Under the pieces are notes generated by a model. It did no database searches, was not told the DNA's origin, and saw only the letters and a program-made list of their open reading frames with translations. From Acidobacteriota bacterium (lineage in GTDB: Bacteria > Acidobacteriota > UBA6911 > RPQK01 > JBOGJG01), in NCBI GenBank assembly GCA_050747825.1, contig JBOGJG010000330.1, positions 1-60,097 on the forward strand: a stretch of DNA of 60,097 nt, given 5' to 3'. Shown here in pieces: positions 47,414-57,300 of the stretch; positions within the stretch are counted from its first letter, which is position 1, and each line of letters begins with the position of its first letter. The position numbers and the translations under genes are program-made.

Positions 47414-48403
47414 ATGCTTACTGTGGGCGTTGACCTGGGAGGGACCAAAGTGGCCATTGCGGTGGTGGACTCTTCCGGAAAGGTGCTTTTCTCAGAACGC
47501 ATTGCCACTCGAGACGACCAAGGTCCGGACGTGGTTATCTCGGACCTGGTAGATGGCGTCAGAAACTCATTCGGACAAATTTCTGAGCGGCCCCTGGGTG
47601 TGGGCATCGGCGTCGCCGGACAGGTGGACGATTTATCCGGAGCAGTTCTCTTTGCTCCCAACCTGCAATGGCGGGATGTCCCCTTGAAGGCCGAACTGGA
47701 GGAAGCCCTGGACCTGCCGGTGTTCGTGACCAATGACGTGCGCGCCGCCACCTGGGGAGAGTGGCTGCACGGCGCCGGCCTGGGAGTCGCCGACCTCGTC
47801 TGCGTCTTCGTGGGCACAGGAATCGGAGGCGGCGTAATCAGCGGAGGCCGGATGCTGCACGGCTGCAGCAATACCGCCGGAGAAGTAGGACATATGACAG
47901 TCGTGACCGACGGACGCAAGTGCAGTTGCGGAGGCCGCGGCTGCGTTGAGGCTTATGCCGGAGGCTGGGCTCTGGCGGCCCGGGCCCAAGAGCGTTTGCA
48001 GGATGATCCTGAAATTGGCCGAGCCATCCTGGACCAAGCGGGTGACGCACAGTCAGTCACTGCCGCCACAATAGGCCAGGCGTATCTGGAAGGGGACGAT
48101 CTGGCCAGGCAGATCATCGAAGAAGCTATACGGCACCTGGCGGCCGCCACAGTGACCATTGTCAACGCCTTTAACCCGTGCCGGATCATCCTGGGGGGAG
48201 GGGTAATCCGGGGCATACCGGAAATCGTAGAGGCTGTTGACGAGATCGTTCGCTCCCGGGCCCTCAGTACCGCTTTGACCGGATTGAAGATTGTTCCGTC
48301 CGATCTCCTGGGAAACGCCGGCGCCATCGGCGCCGGCGCCTTCGCAAGACTTTCGGCTACCGGAGAAGTCTCACGCCTTATCCAGGACCATCAGCAGCAA
48401 TAG
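47414..48403 (+). CDS. ROK family sugar kinase (glucokinase-like)
   Basis: GVDLGGTK, NDVRAATWGE, GTGIGGG, AGEVGH, CSCGGRGCVE, LGGGV. Confidence 0.92.
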   Translation: MLTVGVDLGGTKVAIAVVDSSGKVLFSERIATRDDQGPDVVISDLVDGVRNSFGQISERPLGVGIGVAGQVDDLSGAVLFAPNLQWRDVPLKAELEEALDLPVFVTNDVRAATWGEWLHGAGLGVADLVCVFVGTGIGGGVISGGRMLHGCSNTAGEVGHMTVVTDGRKCSCGGRGCVEAYAGGWALAARAQERLQDDPEIGRAILDQAGDAQSVTAATIGQAYLEGDDLARQIIEEAIRHLAAATVTIVNAFNPCRIILGGGVIRGIPEIVEAVDEIVRSRALSTALTGLKIVPSDLLGNAGAIGAGAFARLSATGEVSRLIQDHQQQ

Positions 48404-49306
48404 CAGCGGCAGGTAAATCACGGTGACTTTCAGAAGCTCTCTGGCCGAGGATGAAGTGAGCGGGCGGACCGCTCGAAGCGCAAAGGCCAGGAAGCCGGTT
48501 CCCAGAATCGCGGCGCCCATCAGGTAGACACTGCCAGTTAAAGTCAGGACCCAGGGCAGAATGCTCGAAACAACCAGGGCTATCGAGAGAAAAACGATGC
48601 GCCGGCCGGTCTTTCTTCCCAGCGGATCCACAGCCGGCAGCATGATGAGCCCGGCGCGCTCATACTCAGCCTTGTAGCGCCAGCCGATGGCTAGAAAATG
48701 AGGGAATTGCCAGAAGAACAAAATGGCAAAAAGCGTCAAAGCCTGCAGATTCAACTCACCCCGCAGGGCCGCCCAGCCGATCAGAGGGGGAATAGCTCCC
48801 GGAAAAGCTCCCACGGTCGTGCAAAAAGATGTTTTCTTCTTCAAAGGGGTGTAGAGCAACACGTACAACGCGGCCGTCAAAGCCGCCAGTGTGGCGGCCA
48901 GAACATTTGTGAAAGCCAGCAAATAGAGGACCCCGCCTGTTGCGAGCAGAAGACCGAACCACAGGACGCGATTCGCTTCCAGCCTGCCGGAGGGAAGCGG
49001 CCGGCCAGAGGTGCGCTCCATTTTAGCGTCCGATTCCCGCTCCAGAAATTGATTCAAAACGGCGCTGGCGGCAGCCACGATTGCCGTCCCCAGCAGCACG
49101 TGAAAAAACACAGCCAGATCGATGGTCGCGCTGGAGGCCATATAAAAACCGGCAGCCGTCGTGACCAGTACCAGCCCGGTGATGCGTGGTTTGGTCAGCT
49201 CCAGGTAGGCCTCCAGTCGCTGCAATTGCAGCCCCGGAGGCACTGAGACACCGAGCCGCCTTTGAATCAATCCCTGTGGGTTTGTGGCTCTGTGGCTCAC
49301 ACTCAT
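48371..49306 (-). CDS. ctaB: Protoheme IX farnesyltransferase (heme o synthase); start uncertain
   Basis: LTKPRIT, NQ-x-x-ERESDAKM-x-RT-x-x-RPLPSG, YTPLKK, GA-x-PGAIPPLIGW, WQFPHF. Confidence 0.93.
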   Translation of the reverse strand: MSVSHRATNPQGLIQRRLGVSVPPGLQLQRLEAYLELTKPRITGLVLVTTAAGFYMASSATIDLAVFFHVLLGTAIVAAASAVLNQFLERESDAKMERTSGRPLPSGRLEANRVLWFGLLLATGGVLYLLAFTNVLAATLAALTAALYVLLYTPLKKKTSFCTTVGAFPGAIPPLIGWAALRGELNLQALTLFAILFFWQFPHFLAIGWRYKAEYERAGLIMLPAVDPLGRKTGRRIVFLSIALVVSSILPWVLTLTGSVYLMGAAILGTGFLAFALRAVRPLTSSSARELLKVTVIYLPLLLLLMVLDKA

Positions 49307-49378
49307 AATGGCGTAGTATACAATAGCCGCGTGTCTGTTAGCGGTTCAATTGGTATTAAACTCGGCCCTTTCTACTAT

Positions 49379-49705
49379 ATGCTCACACTTGCCCACAACG
49401 GGTGGATAGCGGCCGATATGGTCCAGTACATCGATGACATCCTAGAGGCCACCGACAAGGAGGTAGCCATCCTGAAGCTCTTGGGTTATACGATGGAAGT
49501 CGGCCAGACACCCCCTTCCCGAAGATCCGACCACTGGGTGGAAGTCGATCTCGAGAACCAGGTGCTGACTACCAATTCCGATCTAATACGAAAAGCTGTG
49601 GATGAAAAGCCTCCCGAACCCGAAGACCCGTACAGCCCCGTCGCCCTGAAACGCGTGCACCGTGTGCTGGATGCATATGACTTTACGGTGAGGTTGGTTT
49701 CTTAG
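49379..49705 (+). CDS. Hypothetical protein (~108 aa)
   Basis: Protein-like composition and codon pattern consistent with neighbours; no recognised motif. Start chosen at ATG 49379. Confidence 0.55.
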   Translation: MLTLAHNGWIAADMVQYIDDILEATDKEVAILKLLGYTMEVGQTPPSRRSDHWVEVDLENQVLTTNSDLIRKAVDEKPPEPEDPYSPVALKRVHRVLDAYDFTVRLVS

Positions 49706-49859
49706 TGTGACTAACAGCCTGTGGTAAAAGTCCTGAGGGGCCGGGGGGGGGGCCGGACTGCTCACAGAGGCTCAAGTGACCGGCCGCCCCCTCGTGGGCT
49801 TTCTCCAGGAAAACGGTAGGGGTCCTGGAACAGGGCTCCATGCTACCAGGCGACTCTGA

Positions 49860-50633
49860 CTATTTCTGGGTCCAGGAGGGGCTTCTTTTCTCCAGGAAGG
49901 CGCTGACTCCTTCTTGAAATTCTTCGCTGGTACGCACCAGGGCGTTAAAGTGAGCGGCCAAGGCCAGAGCTTCATTCAAACTCAGCCCCTGGACCTCATG
50001 TATCAGTCTTTTGGCCTGCGCCATTGCAGCCGGACCACCCCTGGCTAATTCCTGGCCTAATTCCAGAGCCCGGGAAAGGAGTCGATCGGCCGAGACCACT
50101 TCATTGACGAGTCCGAAATCCCGGGCTTCTCGGGCCGTAAATGTCCGCCCGGTCAGCAGTAGTTCACGGGCCCGTTTCTCTCCGCAAGCACGCAGCAGGA
50201 AGACCGCAACCAGGGCTGGGATGAAGCCGATCTTTACCTCGGGGTAGGCAAAGACCGCCTCTTTGGCAGCCACGACCATATCGCAAACAGTCACCAGTCC
50301 ACAGCCGCCTCCCATGGCAGGGCCATTAACAGCGGCGATGACCGGCTTCGGAAACTCGTACAGCCTGCGAAAGAAATTCATGAAGCGCAGACTGGCGGCG
50401 CGGTTTTTCTCCACCGGCTGGGAGGCCGTCTCGCGCAACTCGCCTATGTCGGCGCCGGCCGAAAACGCTTTGCCTTCACCCGTAAGGACAATGGCAGCTA
50501 TATCCTCTCGCCGTTCAACCTCATTCAGGACCTCCTCGAATCGCGCGATCAATTCCATTGAGATGGCATTCCTCACTTCGGGACGGTTCAAAGTAAGTAT
50601 GGCGGAAGGAGGGGTGTAATCGACTTTGATCAA
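49860..50633 (-). CDS. Enoyl-CoA hydratase/isomerase (methylglutaconyl-CoA hydratase-like)
   Basis: LNRPEVRNA, AFSAGAD, PVIAAVNG-x-AMGGGCGL, PEVKIG, EGVSAFLEKR. Coupled to the carboxylase gene. Confidence 0.9.
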   Translation of the reverse strand: MIKVDYTPPSAILTLNRPEVRNAISMELIARFEEVLNEVERREDIAAIVLTGEGKAFSAGADIGELRETASQPVEKNRAASLRFMNFFRRLYEFPKPVIAAVNGPAMGGGCGLVTVCDMVVAAKEAVFAYPEVKIGFIPALVAVFLLRACGEKRARELLLTGRTFTAREARDFGLVNEVVSADRLLSRALELGQELARGGPAAMAQAKRLIHEVQGLSLNEALALAAHFNALVRTSEEFQEGVSAFLEKRSPSWTQK

Positions 50634-52258
50634 ACCTGCAGCACTCCCGTCTTGAACTCCGGAACATCCGGGTTCAATGCAGCAATTTCCAGGGCGAGTT
50701 TCAGAACGTCTCGCGTTTGGTGGGGCTCGATGATTCGATCGACCCAGAGGCGGGCGGCCGCATATCGCGGGTCCAGCTCCTTTCCATATTTCTCGTGAAC
50801 AGCTTCCGCCAAGAGCCGCCGCGCCTCCTCGTCGATCTGCTTCCCCTCTTTCCGAAGCTGCCGGATCCTGAGATCAACCAGCGTCTTGGCAGCCTGATCC
50901 CCTCCCATTACCGCATAGCGGCAGGTAGGCCAGGCAAAAATGAAGCGAGGGTCGTAGGCCTTGCCGCACAGGGCATAATTCCCTGCCCCATAGCTGCCGC
51001 CTAGAATAACCGTAATCTTGGGAACAACGCTGTTAGCCACAGCATTGACCAGCTTCGCCCCTGATTTGATGATTCCCGAGATTTCGGCGTCTTTGCCCAC
51101 CATAAACCCATTGACGTCCTGGAAAAACAGCAGGGGGATGTGATTCTGATTGCAATCCATGACAAAGCGGGCCGCCTTGTCGGCGCTTTCGGTGTAGATG
51201 ACGCCGCCCACTTCAAAAGGCTTTCCGGGGTCTTTGACGTGCGTTTTCTGATTGGCTACCACGCCCACCGACCAGCCCCCCAGCCGGGCGTAGCCGCAAA
51301 GGAGCGTCCGGCCGTATTCTTCCTTATATTCGACGATATCGCCTTCATCGAAAATCGATTCGAAGATACGGCGCACGTCGTATTCCTGTGAAGGATCCAG
51401 CGGCATGTGCTGGTAAATCTCTTCGGGAGGGCGCCGCGGCGGCGCCTCTTCCGTTCTGTCAAAAGGAATGGGGCTGCCTCCTCCTGTCTGCACTGCGAGC
51501 CGGCGAATTTTTCCCAGACAGCTTTCGTCGTCTTCTTCCCGAAAATCAATCGTCCCGCTGAGGGAGGAGTGGAGCTTGGCTCCTCCCAACTCTTCGCTGT
51601 CCAGGTCCTGGCCAATGGCCGCTTTGACCAATGAAGGCCCTGCGATGTAAAGGCCGCTTCCTTCCGTCATGAGGATCTTGTCGCACATGACGGGCAGGTA
51701 GGCTCCTCCCGCCACGCAAGGGCCCATAATGGCTGCAATCTGGGGAATTCCTTGGGCCGATAGCCGGGCATTGTGGCGGAAAATGCGGCCAAAGTCGTCT
51801 TCATCGGGGAAAATTTCGTCCTGCAAGGGGAGAAAGACGCCCGAAGAATCCACCAGGTAAATCAGCGGCAGACGGTTGTCCAGGCAGATCCGCTGCGCCC
51901 TCAGAACCTTCTTGACTGTCATGGGAAAGAATGCGCCGGCTTTGACCGTGGCGTCATTGGCAACGATCATGAAGAGCCTTCCCTCAACTCTGCCCACGCC
52001 AGTGATCACGCAGGCAGCCGGCGCCCCTCCCCACTCTTCGTACATCTCATAGGCCGAAAAGATCCCGATTTCAAAGAATTCGGTTTCGGGATCAATCAGC
52101 CTTTGGATGCGCTCACGTGCCGTGAGGCGTCCTTTTTCGTGTTGTTTGTCTATATTGACCGGTCCGCCGCCGAGTGCTATCTGTCGTTCGGCGGCCCGAA
52201 TCAATCCCAGTAATTCCTCCCATGATCGAGACTGCTCCAGTAGCTTCCCTTCCGGCAT
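50630..52258 (-). CDS. Acyl-CoA carboxylase carboxyltransferase subunit (methylcrotonyl-CoA carboxylase beta-like)
   Basis: KGRLTARERI, ANDATVKAGA, DSSGVFLP, G-x-CVAGGAY, ELGGA-x-x-H, QDVNGFMVG, GSYGAGNY, AVMGG. Confidence 0.93.
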   Translation of the reverse strand: MPEGKLLEQSRSWEELLGLIRAAERQIALGGGPVNIDKQHEKGRLTARERIQRLIDPETEFFEIGIFSAYEMYEEWGGAPAACVITGVGRVEGRLFMIVANDATVKAGAFFPMTVKKVLRAQRICLDNRLPLIYLVDSSGVFLPLQDEIFPDEDDFGRIFRHNARLSAQGIPQIAAIMGPCVAGGAYLPVMCDKILMTEGSGLYIAGPSLVKAAIGQDLDSEELGGAKLHSSLSGTIDFREEDDESCLGKIRRLAVQTGGGSPIPFDRTEEAPPRRPPEEIYQHMPLDPSQEYDVRRIFESIFDEGDIVEYKEEYGRTLLCGYARLGGWSVGVVANQKTHVKDPGKPFEVGGVIYTESADKAARFVMDCNQNHIPLLFFQDVNGFMVGKDAEISGIIKSGAKLVNAVANSVVPKITVILGGSYGAGNYALCGKAYDPRFIFAWPTCRYAVMGGDQAAKTLVDLRIRQLRKEGKQIDEEARRLLAEAVHEKYGKELDPRYAAARLWVDRIIEPHQTRDVLKLALEIAALNPDVPEFKTGVLQV

Positions 52259-52276
52259 CTCCTTACAATAAGTCAG

Positions 52277-52420
52277 CTAGAGGATTAGAACAATCAGCAT
52301 GATCAACAGCAGGAGTCCCAGCAGTCCGCTCGGGAAGTATCCCCAGCCGGTGCTGTAAGGCCAGGCCGGCAGTGCCCCAATCAGCAACAGTACCAAGACA
52401 ATCAACAGAATAGTTTCCAT
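52277..52420 (-). CDS. DUF3309 family small membrane protein
   Basis: METILLIVLVLLLIGALPAWPYS-x-GWGYFPSGLLG. RBS AAAGGAG. Confidence 0.88.
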   Translation of the reverse strand: METILLIVLVLLLIGALPAWPYSTGWGYFPSGLLGLLLLIMLIVLIL

Positions 52421-52512
52421 GATCGTGTACTCCTTTATCCGGAGAATTAGAAAGCAACACCTGTGCCAGTATAGTTGCTTCATCTGTCGTGCTACTATTT
52501 TACCCTTTGAAA

Positions 52513-55179
52513 ATGGTTGATTTTTTCCAGCAGCTTCGCAGCAATCTCGAGAGACTGCCCGAGCACGTGGCGCTTCAAAACATCACGGAGGAGGGTAAGG
52601 AAGCTTTCACCTTCCGAAGGATCGGAGAGGAAGTGTCCAGCATCGCCGTCTTCCTGCAGAGCCGGGGCATCGGTCCGGGCGACCGTGTCGGAATTCTGAT
52701 GGAGAACCATCCCCGATGGGGGATTGCTTTTCTGGCCGCCCAGAGCGCTGGCGCCACGGTCGTCCCGTTTGATGTTCTCCACCACGCGGACACTCTGGCC
52801 CGGCTGGTCCAGCATGCCGAATGCCGCTACCTGATCTCCTCAGCCAAAATGCTGCCTCATCTGGAGGAGGTCCAGGCCCTTCTCCCGAAACGCCTGCCCG
52901 CACTGGTGCCCGGGCACAGCTCACCTGAATATGACAACTGGGAAGCCGTCGTGGAGCGGGGCTCCCGCGAAGGCGTCTTGCCGCTGGTCTCACGCAAAGC
53001 GGACGACCCTCTCGTCGTGATCTATACGAGCGGCACGACTGGAGATCCCAAAGGGGTGATCCTGACCGAGCGGAACGTCTATCGAAATATGGAGGAGCTG
53101 CTGAAGATAGTGGAGGCTTCGCCTAGCGACCATATCCTCTCGGTACTGCCGCTTTATCATGTGCTGGCCCTGATGACCAATTTCATCATCCCCCTTTACG
53201 TGGCCGCCCGCGTCACCTATCTGGATGTGCTCGACGCCCCGCGTATCCTCAAGACCTTTCAGGACGAGGGGGTCAGCATCTTTGTCTGCGTGCCTCAGTT
53301 TTTCTACCTCGTCCATCGGCGCATTTTCCAGGAAATCGACAGCCAGCCTTTTCTCAAAAGATTTCTATTTCGGCGCCTTTACTCGCTATCTCACTTTGCC
53401 AATGAGCGGCTGGGCTGGAATCCAGGCAAGCTCTTTTTTTCGCCCATTCATAAGAAATTCGGCTCTCAATTCCGGGTGTTCGGCGTGGGCGGGGCCCGCT
53501 TCGACCGGGAAGTTGCAGAGTCCTTCCGAAATCTCGGCTTTACCATTATTCAGGCTTACGGCATGACCGAAACGGCAGCGCTGGCCACAGTGACGCCTCC
53601 CTCGGCCGAGGGCCTGGGCTCAGTCGGGCGGCCGCTGCCTCATGTCCAGATCCGAATTCAGGCTCCGGACGATCAGGGCATCGGCGAGGTGCTGATCGCC
53701 GGCGACAACATCATGCAGGGCTATCTCAAGAACCTCCAGGCCACCGATGAGGTCCTTGAAAATGGTTGGCTCCATAGTGGAGATCTGGGTTATCTCGACT
53801 CTGAGGGCTTCCTGCACGTCACGGGGAGAAAGAAGGATGTCATCGTCCTCAGTTCCGGGAAAAATATTTTTCCCGAGGAGGTCGAGCACTTCTATCAGTC
53901 GAATTGCCCGCTGATCAAGGAGATCTGCGTTGTAGGGGTTAAAGACTTCTCTTCCGGCCAGGCGCAGGAAAAACTTCATGCCGTCATCGTGCCCGACTTC
54001 GACCAGCTCAAGGCCCAGCAAGTCGCCAACGCTTTCGATATGATTCGCTATCTGCTGGAGACGCTCTCGCAGCAGCTTCCTGCCTACAAGCGCGTTCGCA
54101 CTTTTGAGATCAGGACTGAGCCGCTTCCGCGCACCACCACCCGTAAGATCAAACGCTTTCAGGTGGAACAGGAGCTTGGGCGAAGGGGACAGGAAGAAGC
54201 TCCCCGATTTAGAGAAGAAAGCGTTCCGGAGAACGAAAATGAGCGGAAGCTATTCGAGCTGATCCGGCAATTTAAAACGCTCCCATTGGTCAACCGTGAC
54301 ATGAATCTGGAGTTGGACGTGGGCCTGGATTCACTCGAGCGCGTGGAGCTCCTGTCCAACCTACAGGAGGCCTTTCGGGTCGAAATCCCGGAAGAGGAAG
54401 CGACGGCGATCTACACCGTCCGTGAACTGATGGAGAGCATTGAAAAGCATCTTTCCGGAGAAGCCCTGGGCGAAAGCGCAGTGCTGCTCTCCTGGGCGGA
54501 TTTGATCAAGCGCCCTCTCACCCAGGAAGAGCAGCAAAGAGTGTCGGAAATCTTCGACTCCCGGGTTTTCAGGCCGATCCTTGTTTACCTGACGGCCAAG
54601 CTGGCATGGGTGCTCTCAAAGGTCTTTTTCAGGCTGAGAGTCCAGGGACAGCAGCACCTTCCGCACAAATACCCCTTTTTGATCTGCCCGAATCACCTCA
54701 GCTTCCTAGACGTGTTTGTGGTGGTGGCAGGGCTGCCCTTCCGGGTGATTCGCCGGATGTTTTTCCTGGGCTATAGTGATTACTTTAGCAGTCCGGGCAT
54801 GGCTTATCTGGGCCGCATTCTGAGGGTAGTCCCGGTGGACGCCGACCGCCATCTGCGCCAGGCTCTTCGTCTGGGAGCCGAGGGAGTTCGCCGAGGCCTG
54901 ATCTTGTGCATCTTCCCGGAAGGAGAGCGCTCAATTGACGGCACGCTCAAGCCCTTCCGCAAAGGACCGGCTATTCTCGCTAATGACTTACAGGCGCCGG
55001 CGGTGCCGGTTGGGATCACCGGCAGCTATGAGGCCTGGCAGCGCGGCTCGAGCAAAATCCGCCTGCACCCCATTCAGGTCCGTTTTGGCCCGGCCGTCGT
55101 TCCCGACGGTTCCAATTCCTACGATTCTTTCAACAAAAGCCTGTTTCAGTCCGTTGCCCAGTTGACGCGGCGGGAGTAA
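52513..55179 (+). CDS. Long-chain acyl-CoA/ACP ligase + acyl carrier domain + 1-acylglycerol-3-phosphate acyltransferase fusion
   Basis: YTSGTTGDPKG, AYGMTET, WLHSGDLG, GRKKDVIV; ACP GLDSL; PlsC NHLSFLD and FPEGERS. Confidence 0.92.
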   Translation: MVDFFQQLRSNLERLPEHVALQNITEEGKEAFTFRRIGEEVSSIAVFLQSRGIGPGDRVGILMENHPRWGIAFLAAQSAGATVVPFDVLHHADTLARLVQHAECRYLISSAKMLPHLEEVQALLPKRLPALVPGHSSPEYDNWEAVVERGSREGVLPLVSRKADDPLVVIYTSGTTGDPKGVILTERNVYRNMEELLKIVEASPSDHILSVLPLYHVLALMTNFIIPLYVAARVTYLDVLDAPRILKTFQDEGVSIFVCVPQFFYLVHRRIFQEIDSQPFLKRFLFRRLYSLSHFANERLGWNPGKLFFSPIHKKFGSQFRVFGVGGARFDREVAESFRNLGFTIIQAYGMTETAALATVTPPSAEGLGSVGRPLPHVQIRIQAPDDQGIGEVLIAGDNIMQGYLKNLQATDEVLENGWLHSGDLGYLDSEGFLHVTGRKKDVIVLSSGKNIFPEEVEHFYQSNCPLIKEICVVGVKDFSSGQAQEKLHAVIVPDFDQLKAQQVANAFDMIRYLLETLSQQLPAYKRVRTFEIRTEPLPRTTTRKIKRFQVEQELGRRGQEEAPRFREESVPENENERKLFELIRQFKTLPLVNRDMNLELDVGLDSLERVELLSNLQEAFRVEIPEEEATAIYTVRELMESIEKHLSGEALGESAVLLSWADLIKRPLTQEEQQRVSEIFDSRVFRPILVYLTAKLAWVLSKVFFRLRVQGQQHLPHKYPFLICPNHLSFLDVFVVVAGLPFRVIRRMFFLGYSDYFSSPGMAYLGRILRVVPVDADRHLRQALRLGAEGVRRGLILCIFPEGERSIDGTLKPFRKGPAILANDLQAPAVPVGITGSYEAWQRGSSKIRLHPIQVRFGPAVVPDGSNSYDSFNKSLFQSVAQLTRRE

Positions 55180-55282
55180 CTCTTTAATCTGGGCCGCCTA
55201 AAGACGGGATGGTGGGCGAGTGTTCTTGAAACCCTGCCCGCCCGGGAGCGTCTGCGCGGGAAATTTTGAGAGGAGGCAGAAC

Positions 55283-55804
55283 ATGGCAAGTTACGCTGGG
55301 CGAATGGTCGGAGCAGCAAGGCTGGATGTGCACACCTTTGAAGAGGTCGAAGCCGACCGGGGTGCAATGGGGCAGGCAATCGGCGTCATCGTTCTGTCCA
55401 GTGTGGCGGCTGCCATTGGAATGACCTCAGGGGACGCCCTAAGCTTCATTATCGGAATTGCCGGAGCGCTGTTGGGTTGGATGCTTTGGGCCTGGCTGAC
55501 CTATTTCGTCGGCACCCGAGTCCTGCCCGAACCGCAAACCCATGCCGACTGGGGTCAGGTGCTTCGCACCACCGGCTTTGCCGCGGCGCCGGGCATTTTG
55601 CGCATCTTTGGAGTCATCCCTGCCGTGGCGGGCATCATTTTTATCGTCACCGGCATCTGGATGCTTATCGCCATGATCATCGCCATTCGGCAAGCGCTTG
55701 ATTACACCAGCAGCTTGCGAGCAGTCGGAGTGGCCGGTATCGGCTGGGTGGTTTATATTGTGGTGGCAACCCTTCTATTTTTCGTCACTGGAGGTGGCCA
55801 ATGA
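55283..55804 (+). CDS. Yip1-family membrane protein
   Basis: RMVGAARLD[10 protein letters not shown]...LR-x-x-GFA-x-APG...AIRQALD. RBS AGGAGG before ATG 55283. Confidence 0.75.
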   Translation: MASYAGRMVGAARLDVHTFEEVEADRGAMGQAIGVIVLSSVAAAIGMTSGDALSFIIGIAGALLGWMLWAWLTYFVGTRVLPEPQTHADWGQVLRTTGFAAAPGILRIFGVIPAVAGIIFIVTGIWMLIAMIIAIRQALDYTSSLRAVGVAGIGWVVYIVVATLLFFVTGGGQ

Positions 55805-57195
55805 GCAATTCAAAACAATTTTCTCGTCGCGATTTTCTTAAAACTGCTGCGGCTTCGACGGTCACTGCGGCTGCTTCTCCCGTAGTGCTCACAACGAGAG
55901 GGGCAGGTGCCGCTCCCTATGTCCAAGCCAGCGACCGAATCAATCTGGCCACCATTGGGATGGGGATCATCGGCTTCGAAGACACCTCCACCGCCCTGAA
56001 GGTCCCGGGGGTTCAACTCGTGGCGGCGGCAGACTGCTACGACGGGCGCCTGACGCGGACCAGAGAAGTGTATGGGCAGGACGTCTTCACCACCCACGAT
56101 TACCGCGAAGTCCTGGCGCGCTCCGACGTTGACGCCGTCATCATCTCCACTCCCGACCACTGGCATCAGAAAATGGCGATCGCTGCGCTGGAAGCAGGCA
56201 AGGCCGTGTATTGCGAAAAGCCGATGGTCCAGCGCATTGAAGAAGGCGCGGCGGTGATAGAAGCTCAGAAGAGGACCGGCCAGGTGCTCGAGGTCGGCAG
56301 TCAGACCGTCAGCTCGATCGTCACACGGAAGGCCAGGGAGCTTTACGGGTCCGGAGTCATTGGCGATCTGAACATGGTGGATATTCTGATCAGTCGAAAT
56401 TCCGCGCTGGGCGCCTGGCAGTACTCCCTCCCGCCCGACGCTTCGCCCCAGACTATCGAGTGGGATGATTTTCTGGGGGATGCCCCAAAAGTTCCCTTCG
56501 ATGCGGACCGCTTTTTCCGCTGGCGCAAATACTGGGATTACGGGACCGGAGTGGCAGGAGATATGTACGTTCACCGGTTTTCAGCTTTACACTACATCCT
56601 CAATTCCAACGGTCCGACCAAGGCCATGGCTACCGGAGGCATTCGCTATTGGCACGACGGGCGCGAGGTGCCGGACCTGATCCTGGGACTGTATGAGTAC
56701 CCGACAACCGACAGCCATCCGGCGTTTACCCTGGCGCTGGGCGCCAATTTTGAAGATGGCGGCCAGGGCGCAACCTTCCAATTGATCGGAAATGAAGGAA
56801 TTATGACCGTCGGCGACAATGGCTTGAGGGTCTCGCGAAATACCACCGATCATCCCTCACTGCAGGAGCTGGTGGAAGGCTACAATTCAGTGCGCACTTT
56901 TTCTGAAGCCCAGCAGCAGGCATTCATCGAGAAGTACCGGGAGACGCACACCGGAAGTGTCGAGCCGGAAGAAGTGAATCTGGCGGGAAGCAGCGAATTT
57001 CGGGTACCTGAAGGCTACGACAGCCGTGTCGATCACTTCCGGCTCTTCTTCGCGGCGATGCGCGGCGGCCCGGCCGTCGTCGAGGATGCCGTCTTTGGAA
57101 TGCGCGCCGCCGGTCCGGCCGTGCTGGCCAATAAGTGCTACCTGGATGACAAGATCTACGTTTGGGATCCGGATGAGATGGAGCTGAAGAACTGA
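55801..57195 (+). CDS. Tat-exported Gfo/Idh/MocA oxidoreductase
   Basis: [36 protein letters not shown]-x-YWDYG-x-G. Confidence 0.92.
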   Translation: MSNSKQFSRRDFLKTAAASTVTAAASPVVLTTRGAGAAPYVQASDRINLATIGMGIIGFEDTSTALKVPGVQLVAAADCYDGRLTRTREVYGQDVFTTHDYREVLARSDVDAVIISTPDHWHQKMAIAALEAGKAVYCEKPMVQRIEEGAAVIEAQKRTGQVLEVGSQTVSSIVTRKARELYGSGVIGDLNMVDILISRNSALGAWQYSLPPDASPQTIEWDDFLGDAPKVPFDADRFFRWRKYWDYGTGVAGDMYVHRFSALHYILNSNGPTKAMATGGIRYWHDGREVPDLILGLYEYPTTDSHPAFTLALGANFEDGGQGATFQLIGNEGIMTVGDNGLRVSRNTTDHPSLQELVEGYNSVRTFSEAQQQAFIEKYRETHTGSVEPEEVNLAGSSEFRVPEGYDSRVDHFRLFFAAMRGGPAVVEDAVFGMRAAGPAVLANKCYLDDKIYVWDPDEMELKN

Positions 57196-57300
57196 CCCGC
57201 GGACCGCTGACCGCTGACCGCTGACCCGCGGACCGCGGACCGCTGACCATTGACCCGCGGACCGCTGACCATCACGAACCGGTCAGGGGTCAGTCAGTCA
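57191..57300. repeat. Heptamer array (GCTGACC/GCGGACC variants, 11 units) followed by inverted GGTCAG units
   Basis: Units read directly from 57191-57270, then ACCGGT, GGTCAG x2. Lies between convergent genes. Confidence 0.9.
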
